A stretch of DNA of 50,968 bases, taken from contig CAIYMZ010000115.1 of assembly GCA_903927415.1 (NCBI GenBank), forward strand, positions 1 through 50,968. Direction: 5' to 3'. Made by a program: the position numbers and the translations under genes. The stretch is from an uncultured Alphaproteobacteria bacterium. GTDB lineage: Bacteria > Pseudomonadota > Alphaproteobacteria > Rickettsiales > UBA1997. Below are positions 1-7,789 of the stretch, piece by piece. Position 1 is the first letter of the stretch. Each line of letters starts with the position of its first letter. The notes below the pieces were generated by a model. The model did not search any database, was not told where the DNA came from, and worked only from the letters and a program-made list of their open reading frames with translations.

Positions 1-54
1 GGTGACAATATTAGAGATTGAAGATTTGTCACCCCGCACTTGTTGCGGGGTCCA
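1..54. repeat. Family-A palindromic repeat, partial copy at the window edge (GGTGACAA...GTCACCCCGCACTTGTTGCGGGGTCCA)
   Basis: The 27-nt hairpin core at 28-54 is identical to 1798-1824. It is the exact reverse complement of 1862-1888 and 50923-50949. Stem is CCCCGCA/TGCGGGG. Confidence 0.8.
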
Positions 55-80
55 GTAATTAACAACAAACAAGGAGAAAA

Positions 81-1013
81 ATGAAAATCGCAAAAAATTT
101 AATTGAATTAATCGGCAACACGCCGCTGGTTCAGCTCAATCGCCTTAACAAAACTTCAGCGCAAGTTGTGGCGAAATTGGAATTTTACAATCCAGCCAAC
201 TCAGTGAAAGACCGCATCGGCGCTAACATGGTTGAGGATGCGGAGAAAAAGGGATTAATCACCGCGGGTAAAACAACTTTGATTGAGCCGACTTCCGGCA
301 ACACCGGAATCGCTTTGGCCTTCGTCGCCGCGATCAAAGGCTACCGCTTAATTTTGACGATGCCGGAAACAATGTCGCTTGAGCGTCGCAAACTTCTCAA
401 AGCCTACGGCGCGGAATTGGTTTTGACCGAAGGCGCGAAAGGCATGAAGGGCGCGATTGCAAAGGCTGAAGAGCTCAACAAAGAAATTCCTGATTCAGTA
501 ATTTTGCAGCAATTCGCCAATCAGGCCAATGTTGAAATTCACCAGCGCACTACAGCCGAGGAGATTTGGCGCGACACTGACGGCAAAGTTGATATTTTAG
601 TTTCAGGCGTTGGAACTGGCGGAACCATTACTGGCGTGGCTTCAATCATCAAACAGAGAAATCCGAATTTCAAAGCAATCGCGGTTGAACCTTCGGCAAG
701 CCCTGTTCTGTCTGGCGGCGCACCAGGTCCGCACAAAATTCAAGGAATCGGGGCAGGCTTCATTCCGTCAATTTTAAAAACCGAATTGATTGACGAAATT
801 TTCCAAGTTTCAAATGAGGATGCGATTGAAACCGCGCGGGCATTGGCTTTGAAGGAAGGAATCCTCGGCGGAATTTCTTCCGGCGCCGCCGCTTACGCTG
901 CACTCGAAATCGCCAAGCGTCCGGAAAATGCCGGAAAATTAATTGTTTTTGTCGTGCCGTCTTTCGGCGAAAGATATTTGTCGTCGGTTTTGTTTGAGCA
1001 CATTACTGGGTAA
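81..1013 (+). CDS. cysK: Cysteine synthase A (O-acetylserine sulfhydrylase)
   Basis: 310 aa. Motifs NPANSVKDR (PLP lysine), [12 protein letters not shown] and [16 protein letters not shown] Shine-Dalgarno at 71-76. Confidence 0.95.
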   Translation: MKIAKNLIELIGNTPLVQLNRLNKTSAQVVAKLEFYNPANSVKDRIGANMVEDAEKKGLITAGKTTLIEPTSGNTGIALAFVAAIKGYRLILTMPETMSLERRKLLKAYGAELVLTEGAKGMKGAIAKAEELNKEIPDSVILQQFANQANVEIHQRTTAEEIWRDTDGKVDILVSGVGTGGTITGVASIIKQRNPNFKAIAVEPSASPVLSGGAPGPHKIQGIGAGFIPSILKTELIDEIFQVSNEDAIETARALALKEGILGGISSGAAAYAALEIAKRPENAGKLIVFVVPSFGERYLSSVLFEHITG

Positions 1014-1031
1014 AATTTTCGGCTAATTTTG

Positions 1032-1056
1032 AAAAGTCGCCCTAGGGCGACTTTTT
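1032..1056 (+). terminator. Rho-independent terminator of cysK; also copy 1 of repeat family B (GTCGCCCTAGGGCGAC hairpin)
   Basis: AAAAGTCGCCCTAGGGCGACTTTTT is a perfect GC-rich hairpin followed by a T-run. The same 21-mer recurs at 40997-41017. Confidence 0.7.
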
Positions 1057-1080
1057 GGAAAAACAGGCGCCACACCCGCT

Positions 1081-1170
1081 GCAGGACGAGGTTTGCAACC
1101 CCGTCCTTACGTTCAGTTCCAACTCAACAAAACATGAACATGTGGAATGGGTTACAAACCAATTCCAGCG
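1081..1170. repeat. Family-D double-hairpin repeat
   Basis: Hairpins AGGACGAGGTTTGCAACCCCGTCCT (1083-1107) and TGGAATGGGTTACAAACCAATTCCA (1143-1167) flank ...GTTCAGTTCC...ACATGAACATG. The unit is collinear with 49560-49645. Confidence 0.65.
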
Positions 1171-1208
1171 TCAAGAACGACTAAAACCGCAACAAGAAAA
1201 ATAAAAAA

Positions 1209-1739
1209 ATGAAAATCGAATTCCTCGAAAATATTAAACGCAAAGACCCTGCCGCGAAAAATTATTTGGAAATTTTGCTCTGCTATCCCGGCGTGCACGC
1301 GATTTTTTTTCACCGCATCAGTCACTTTTTGGAAAATTTAAATGTGCCGATTTTGCCACGCGCGATTGCTCACATTAGTCGCCTCCTCACCGGAATCGAG
1401 ATTCACCCCAAAGTTAAAATCGGAAAAAATTTTTTTATTGATCACGGATTTGGTGTCGTGATTGGCGAGACCGCAGAAATTGGCGACAATGTCACGATCT
1501 ATCAGGGAGTAACGCTGGGCGGCAGATCAATCGCAAAAATAAAACGTCATCCGACAATCAAAAATGACGTCACAATCGGCGCCGGCGCAAAAATTTTAGG
1601 CCCAATCACAATTGGCAATGGCGCGAAAATTGGTCCGGGATCAATCATCATTGAGGATTTAGAGATGAACAAGGTGATGGTGGCTGAGACCGCGAAGGAA
1701 GTGAGGAGCAAAAAACACGAGCTGGATTATTACATTTAG
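1209..1739 (+). CDS. cysE: Serine O-acetyltransferase (short form)
   Basis: 176 aa. Left-handed beta-helix hexapeptide core [44 protein letters not shown]. Adjacent to cysK. Confidence 0.85.
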   Translation: MKIEFLENIKRKDPAAKNYLEILLCYPGVHAIFFHRISHFLENLNVPILPRAIAHISRLLTGIEIHPKVKIGKNFFIDHGFGVVIGETAEIGDNVTIYQGVTLGGRSIAKIKRHPTIKNDVTIGAGAKILGPITIGNGAKIGPGSIIIEDLEMNKVMVAETAKEVRSKKHELDYYI

Positions 1740-1740
1740 A

Positions 1741-1947
1741 CCCAATAACGCTTAAGGAATCTGTCCAAATACCACAGGCTCTAATCTGATTTTGATTGTC
1801 ACCCCGCACTTGTTGCGGGGTCCATTTCGTCACAACCAATAAAATCGTGTCTTTGACAAGATGGACCCCGCAACAAGTGCGGGGTGACAATCGAGATGAG
1901 ATTAGAGTGCGTAACACTGAAGCTAATTTCTTAAAGCGTTATTGGGG
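1741..1947. mobile_element. 207-bp foldback (MITE-like) element built from two inverted family-A cores
   Basis: Termini are CCCAATAACGCTTAAG (1741-1756) and CTTAAAGCGTTATTGGGG (1930-1947). Inverted 27-nt cores lie at 1798-1824 and 1862-1888. Flanked by direct repeat TTACAT(A)TTAGACCCAAT at 1730-1746 and 1950-1967. No ORF inside. Confidence 0.75.
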
Positions 1948-1956
1948 GGTTACATA

Positions 1957-3324
1957 TTAGACCCAATCTGGATCTGTTGCACCTTCATTGGCTGGCGTCG
2001 GAACTTCGAATTCAAATCCGGTAATTATGTCAATGACGTAGAGACGTGGAATGGAGTCACGTCCGTAAGAACCATTTTTTTTCGAATAAATTAAATATCT
2101 CCCATTAGGCGACCACTTCGCGCCCTCAACCAAATAGCCACTAGCCAGTAGCTTTTCACCTTTACCATTTGGCGACATTACGCCGATAAAAAATTGTCCT
2201 TCTTTGATTCGAGTAAAAGCGATTAATTTTCCATCTGGCGACCAAACTGGTTTCGAATAAGAGCCGTCACCAGAGCTGATGCGCACTACAGAGGAGCCAT
2301 TCTCTTCCATGATGTAAATTTGCTGACCAGAGTCGCGATCGGAAGAAAAAGCAATTGACTCGCCATCTGGAGAATATGACGGCGTAGTATCAATCGCCGG
2401 ACTTTTGGTTAATTTTCGTGCTTCATTTTCAGAAATTTTCATTTCGTAAATATCGCAATTTCCATCGAGAATCGCTGAGAGCAAAATGAGATTGGAGTCC
2501 CTGGGATTAATGCTGGCAGCAAATGTCGTACCTCTAAATCCACCAATTTTTTTGCTGCGCAAATTTTTTAAATCGAGTGAGAAAATTTGTGACTTACCTT
2601 CAAAAAAACGCAGATAAAAAATTTCATCGCGTTTTTTTGAGAAAACTGGCGTTAACACGAGATCGCGACCGTCGGTTAAAACACGATGATTTTCGCCATC
2701 AAAATCAATCATGTTAATTTTTTTGATACGCTTGCTGATTGAGCCTGATTCTGAAACATAAACAATTTGCGAAGTGAAATGACCCGAACTTTCTCCGCTT
2801 ATCGATTTAAAAATTTCGTTAGAAATTATATTCGACATTTTGCGATAATTATCGCGCGACGCGGTATAAAATTTGCCGAATAATTGTCGCTGATCGAGCA
2901 CATCCCACATCCTGATGCGCATCTCTAAATTGCCGCTCTGATCATAATTAAATTGACCAATGACGATTGCACCAATTCCAGCTTTTCCATATTTTTCGAA
3001 GTTAGGAAGTGATTCAACTGTGAGGATTTCTTGTGATAAATTTCCGCTTGGCAAAATGGCAGCTTGATTTGATGACGATGTTTCCATCTGGCCGGTATTT
3101 TTAACAATTTCAAAAAGATCCGTTGTTTTTAAATTTCTTCTGATGCGCTCAATAACTTCGAATGTGTCAATTTTTAAGCGCGGGTCAGATGAATCAAAAC
3201 CGAAAAATAAAATTTTAGTTTTGGGAATTTCTTCGTCTTTAACGGAGAGAGAAACTGTTGCAAATGCTTGACTGACGCTGATTAAGAGACTTGCAAAAAT
3301 GAGAAATGATTTGATGAGTTTCAT
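1957..3324 (-). CDS. tolB: Tol-Pal system beta-propeller protein TolB
   Basis: Signal peptide followed by repeated SPDG blades (PSYSPDGESIAF, PVWSPDGKLIAF, AKWSPNGRYLIY). The ORF track opens at GTG 3333, but the ATG at 3324 (MKLIKSF...) is more likely. Confidence 0.9.
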   Translation of the reverse strand: MKLIKSFLIFASLLISVSQAFATVSLSVKDEEIPKTKILFFGFDSSDPRLKIDTFEVIERIRRNLKTTDLFEIVKNTGQMETSSSNQAAILPSGNLSQEILTVESLPNFEKYGKAGIGAIVIGQFNYDQSGNLEMRIRMWDVLDQRQLFGKFYTASRDNYRKMSNIISNEIFKSISGESSGHFTSQIVYVSESGSISKRIKKINMIDFDGENHRVLTDGRDLVLTPVFSKKRDEIFYLRFFEGKSQIFSLDLKNLRSKKIGGFRGTTFAASINPRDSNLILLSAILDGNCDIYEMKISENEARKLTKSPAIDTTPSYSPDGESIAFSSDRDSGQQIYIMEENGSSVVRISSGDGSYSKPVWSPDGKLIAFTRIKEGQFFIGVMSPNGKGEKLLASGYLVEGAKWSPNGRYLIYSKKNGSYGRDSIPRLYVIDIITGFEFEVPTPANEGATDPDWV

Positions 3325-3325
3325 G

Positions 3326-3491
3326 TTAGACACTGTTAGCTAATTAATTTTATTTCAGATTTTGGCATATTTTGAGCGCTTTTTTGGTAAAATTTTGATA
3401 AATATCCGGATATATTTTGAAAAATTTTACCAAAAAATAAGCCAAAATAGGACGAGATATGGAATGAAATTAATTAGCTAACAGTGTCTAA
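3326..3491. repeat. 166-bp intergenic palindrome with 25-bp perfect termini
   Basis: TTAGACACTGTTAGCTAATTAATTT (3326-3350) is the exact reverse complement of 3467-3491. An inner 17-bp perfect pair lies at 3380-3396 and 3421-3437. The centre is ATATCCGGATAT. Confidence 0.85.
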
Positions 3492-4036
3492 AGCGTTTCG
3501 ATCACGACATTGTTGTTGGTGTAAACACATAAATCTGCGGCGATTTTCATTGATCTAGTAACAATTTTTTCTGCGGATAAATTTTCGATTGATGATAAAG
3601 CTCGCGCCGCTGCAAGCGCATAATTTCCTCCAGAGCCAATGCCAGCGATTCCATCTTCCGGCTCTAGCACATCACCGTTCCCCGTCAGAACTAGAGAGAT
3701 ATTTTTATCGACTACAATCATCATTGCCTCAAGACGGCGAAGATATTTATCCGTGCGCCAATCTTTTGCCAACTCAACGCAGGCGCGCATCAATTGATTT
3801 GGATATTGATCTAATTTTGATTCCAGTCTTTCGAACAAAGTGAAAGCATCAGCCGTGGCACCAGCAAATCCGCCGATGATTGAGCCATCTCCAAGCTTAC
3901 GAATTTTTTTTGCATTCGATTTTAAAACTGTTGAACCGAGCGTAACTTGACCATCTCCAGCAATTGCAACTTTACCATTTTTTCGCACCGAAAGAATTGT
4001 TGTTCCGTAAAGTTGGGATGGATTTTTATGAATCAT
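3488..4036 (-). CDS. hslV: ATP-dependent protease HslVU, peptidase subunit HslV
   Basis: 182 aa. N-terminal [22 protein letters not shown] (catalytic Thr region), [10 protein letters not shown] and [14 protein letters not shown]. Confidence 0.93.
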   Translation of the reverse strand: MIHKNPSQLYGTTILSVRKNGKVAIAGDGQVTLGSTVLKSNAKKIRKLGDGSIIGGFAGATADAFTLFERLESKLDQYPNQLMRACVELAKDWRTDKYLRRLEAMMIVVDKNISLVLTGNGDVLEPEDGIAGIGSGGNYALAAARALSSIENLSAEKIVTRSMKIAADLCVYTNNNVVIETL

Positions 4037-4117
4037 TTTTGAGGGTAATTTTTTCTTTGATTGTAAGGAAAAAGCTGCAAGATTTTTTTATTTCCTAATG
4101 CACAAAATCTCAAGCTA

Positions 4118-5371
4118 ATGAAGAAATCGACTAAAAATTTAGCAGTAATTTTTTTCTTGGGAATTAGCTCTGGATTACCGATCGCTCTTATTCTGTCTAC
4201 TCTAAAAGCACTACTTCTCGAAAAAGGTTTTGATCTAAAAACCATCGGATTTTTTTCTCTTGTCAGCCTACCTTACACTTTCAAATTTTTATTCGCGCCA
4301 ATTATTGACTCTTGTCGCATTCCATTTTTTACCAAAATTGTTGGTCAAAGAAAATCTTGGATAATTTTAAGCCAATTAATCTTGGCAATTTTTATTTCAT
4401 TTTTAGGAATCGCTGGAATCCTTGCCAACATTAGCCTCATCGCAGTTTTTGCATTTTTAGTCGCATTTGCTTCCGCCAATCAAGATATCGTAATTGATGG
4501 CTATCGCATCGAATTAATCGAAAAAGAAAATCAGGGAATTGCTGCTAGTTCTTACGTTTACGGCTATCGTATCGGCATGCTAATTTCTGGTGCCGGAGCG
4601 TTGATATTAGCAGAGTTACTGAGTTGGGATATAGTTTATTTTATCATGGCTAGCTTCATGATTTTATTTTCTGCTTTCGTATTTTTTGCCGACGAAACTC
4701 GTAAAAATTTTCAACCGAAGCATCACGATTTTATTTCGTGGTTTAAAAATTTCGTCATCGAACCATTTGCTGATTTTACTCACCATTCTCGTTGGTACGT
4801 CATTCTCGCCTTCGTAATTTTATTCAAACTTGGTGATGCTTTCGCCGGTAATTTAACCTTGCCCTTCCTGCTCGAAATTGGTTTTTCTAAAATTGAGCTC
4901 GCCAAAATTTTAAAAACTTTTGGACTCTTCGCGACCTTATTCGGAGTTTTTGTCGGAGGCCTTTTAGTAAAAAAAACCGGCATCATAAAATCACTGTGGA
5001 TCGCAGCAATTGCGCAAATGTTATCCAATCTTGCCTTCGCTTATTTGGCGCAAATCGGCTATGATGTTGAGTCACTTTATTTTGTAATTTTCGTTGAAAA
5101 TTTAAGCGGAGGAATTGGCGATGCGGTTTTTGTCGCTTACTTGAGCAGCCTTTGCAGCATTGCTTTTAGCGCTACTCAATATGCGCTTCTGACTTCTTGT
5201 GCGACATTTGCACGCAGCCTGTTGGTCTCAAGCGCCGGAGTTTTTGCGCAAGCTCTCGGCTGGTACGAATTTTTTATTTTCTCGACCTTTCTAGCAGTGC
5301 CTAGTTTGATATTTTTATTTTGGTTGACGGCCAAAACAAAATCCCAAAAACGACTTTCGCCTAATGCCTAA
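4118..5371 (+). CDS. ampG: AmpG-family MFS muropeptide permease
   Basis: 417 aa, polytopic. The segment LGISSGLPIAL...DLKTIGFFSLVSLPYTFKFLFAPIIDS matches the AmpG signature region. Confidence 0.85.
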   Translation: MKKSTKNLAVIFFLGISSGLPIALILSTLKALLLEKGFDLKTIGFFSLVSLPYTFKFLFAPIIDSCRIPFFTKIVGQRKSWIILSQLILAIFISFLGIAGILANISLIAVFAFLVAFASANQDIVIDGYRIELIEKENQGIAASSYVYGYRIGMLISGAGALILAELLSWDIVYFIMASFMILFSAFVFFADETRKNFQPKHHDFISWFKNFVIEPFADFTHHSRWYVILAFVILFKLGDAFAGNLTLPFLLEIGFSKIELAKILKTFGLFATLFGVFVGGLLVKKTGIIKSLWIAAIAQMLSNLAFAYLAQIGYDVESLYFVIFVENLSGGIGDAVFVAYLSSLCSIAFSATQYALLTSCATFARSLLVSSAGVFAQALGWYEFFIFSTFLAVPSLIFLFWLTAKTKSQKRLSPNA

Positions 5372-5379
5372 CGCCTAAA
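5359..5379 (+). repeat. Tandem heptamer array GCCTAAT-GCCTAAC-GCCTAAA
   Basis: Three direct 7-nt units. They overlap the ampG stop (TAA 5369-5371) and end 4 nt before the virB4 ATG. Near-identical arrays lie at 45006-45026 and 24221-24252. Confidence 0.85.
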
Positions 5380-5383
5380 TTGA

Positions 5384-7777
5384 ATGCGCCTTACAACACT
5401 CAAACCAGCAAAAGAAAAAATTACCAAACATGAAATTTCGGCAGCGCATTTTATTCCTTACAAATGCCACTGGAATTCAAACACAATTTTAACTCACAAA
5501 GAAGAGCTTGTTCGTGTCATAAAAATCAAAGGCTTTGCTTTCGAAACCGCCGATGACATTGACGTCGATCTTAAGAAAAATGCGCGCAACAACTTGTTGA
5601 AGGGCATGTCTTCCGGAAATTTTTCGCTTTATTTTCACACTCTACGTCGCAAGGAAAAAGGGTTTCCTGATGGTGAAATGCCTGATCTATTTTCCGAACG
5701 AGTTAATCGCGAATGGGCAGCAAAACATTCCGATGAAAAAAGCTTCGTCAATGAACATTACTTCACACTTATTCGAGGCTCTGACACTTCTGGCGCAGCC
5801 GTGCTTGAACATATGGCAAAAAAATTACAGCATAAAACTGACAAAACATCGTGGGAAAACTACATGCGAGAATCTTTTGATGAACTCGATGAAATGACCG
5901 AACGCGTTTTAAATGGCTACGGAAATTACGGGGCACGCTTGCTTGATCTTGTTGAAACAGAAGATGGAGTTACTTCCGAAATTTTAGAATTTTTTTCACG
6001 TTTGGTAAATTGTGGCTACTCGCAACAAATGACAATTCCTCTCGGCGAAATCTCTCATCACTTGCCAATTAGTCGACTTTACTTCGGCAATAAATCGGTT
6101 GAGGCCCATCATCCAAACGGCCTCAAATATGCAGGGATAGTTTCGATCAAAGAATATCGCCCATCAACAAATGCCGGGGTTTTTGATGGTTTTATGCAAA
6201 TGCCTTTCGAGCTGATTATCTCACAATCATTTTCTTTCATCAATCGCATGGTGGCGATTAGCTCGATGCAATTGCAGCAACGCCGTCTCGTGCAATCGGA
6301 AGACGTGGCGGTATCACAAATTCAGGAAATCGACTCAGCACTTGATTCCGCAATGAGTGGTGAATTCGGTTTTGGTCTACATCACATGACGATTCTTTGC
6401 GTTGAGGACACGCCGAAAGCTTTGGAAAGCGCCTTGTCTTTGGCGATCGTTGAGCTTTCCAATGCAGGCATCACTGGCGTTCGCGAAAGGATGAATTTAG
6501 AACCGGCTTATTGGGCACAACTCCCATGCAATGGCGAATATATGGCCAGACGCTGCACCATCAATACTCTCAATATCGCCGCCTTCGCATCATTTCACAA
6601 TTACCCCTCCGGCAAAAGAAAAAAAAATCATTGGGGCGATGCAGTGACAGTGCTAAACACGGTTTCCGGCACGCCGTATTTTTTCAGTTTTCACGTTCGC
6701 GACGTCGGTCACACCATGATCATCGGTCCAACTGGCGCCGGTAAAACTGTACTCCTCAACTTTCTTTGCGCCCAATCGCAAAAATTTAACGGCCGATTAT
6801 TTTTCTTCGATAAAGATCGCGGTGCGGAAATTTTTGTCCGCGCAATTCGTGGTCGCTACATGATTCCCGATGCTGCAAAAACTTCTGGCTTCAATCCATT
6901 TCAACTTGAGGACACCAACGAAAATCGCTCATTTTTAATCGACTTCATGAAGGCTTTGGTTTCGGTTGGAGATGCACCTTTGCCAGCTCATGAAATCGAA
7001 CGCATCAACGAAGCCATAAAAGGGAATTACAAATTACCTCAGGGTCAGAGAAGAATGCGCAACATCGCACCATTCATGGGCTTAGGCGGCCCCGGAACTT
7101 TAGCTGGAAGGTTGTCAATGTGGCATAGTGGCGGCTCACATGCTAAACTTTTTGACAATGAAGATGACCTAATTGACTTCACTTCCGCTCGCTGTTTTGG
7201 AATTGAAATGTCGCATATTTTGCAAGATAAAGCCGCAATAGCTCCTGTGCTACTTTATCTCTTCCACCGCATTCAAAGTTCTCTCAAGGGTGAGCCAACC
7301 ATGATCGTTCTCGATGAAGCATGGGCATTGATTGGCAATCCAGTTTTTGCTCCAAAAATTAAAGACTGGCTCAAGGTTTTAAGAAAACTCAACACCTTCG
7401 TTGTCTTCGCGACACAATCAGTGGAAGATGCAGCAAAGAGCAGCATTTCCGACACTCTCGTTCAACAAACTTCAACACAGATTTTTTTACCGAATTTAAA
7501 AGCGACACATCTTTATCGCGACGTTTTTATGCTTTCGGAACGCGAGTTTAATTTGGTGAAAACCACCGATCCCTCAACCAGATTTTTTCTCGTCAAACAA
7601 GATAATGATGGCGTTATTGCCAGAATCGATTTGGGCGGAATGGATGACACGATCAGAGTTTTATCAGCGCGGGCAGATACGGTAATCATGATGGACGAGA
7701 TCATTGAAGAAGTCGGTGAGGATCCAGATGATTGGCTTCCAATTTATTACGAACGCTCTGCTCCAAAAAAATCTTAA
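5384..7777 (+). CDS. virB4: Type IV secretion ATPase VirB4
   Basis: 797 aa. Walker A IIGPTGAGKTVLLNFL, Walker B MIVLDEAWAL and FATQSVED. Length and N-terminal region are typical of VirB4/CagE/TrbE. Confidence 0.92.
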   Translation: MRLTTLKPAKEKITKHEISAAHFIPYKCHWNSNTILTHKEELVRVIKIKGFAFETADDIDVDLKKNARNNLLKGMSSGNFSLYFHTLRRKEKGFPDGEMPDLFSERVNREWAAKHSDEKSFVNEHYFTLIRGSDTSGAAVLEHMAKKLQHKTDKTSWENYMRESFDELDEMTERVLNGYGNYGARLLDLVETEDGVTSEILEFFSRLVNCGYSQQMTIPLGEISHHLPISRLYFGNKSVEAHHPNGLKYAGIVSIKEYRPSTNAGVFDGFMQMPFELIISQSFSFINRMVAISSMQLQQRRLVQSEDVAVSQIQEIDSALDSAMSGEFGFGLHHMTILCVEDTPKALESALSLAIVELSNAGITGVRERMNLEPAYWAQLPCNGEYMARRCTINTLNIAAFASFHNYPSGKRKKNHWGDAVTVLNTVSGTPYFFSFHVRDVGHTMIIGPTGAGKTVLLNFLCAQSQKFNGRLFFFDKDRGAEIFVRAIRGRYMIPDAAKTSGFNPFQLEDTNENRSFLIDFMKALVSVGDAPLPAHEIERINEAIKGNYKLPQGQRRMRNIAPFMGLGGPGTLAGRLSMWHSGGSHAKLFDNEDDLIDFTSARCFGIEMSHILQDKAAIAPVLLYLFHRIQSSLKGEPTMIVLDEAWALIGNPVFAPKIKDWLKVLRKLNTFVVFATQSVEDAAKSSISDTLVQQTSTQIFLPNLKATHLYRDVFMLSEREFNLVKTTDPSTRFFLVKQDNDGVIARIDLGGMDDTIRVLSARADTVIMMDEIIEEVGEDPDDWLPIYYERSAPKKS

Positions 7778-7789
7778 ACCAAAAACTTA

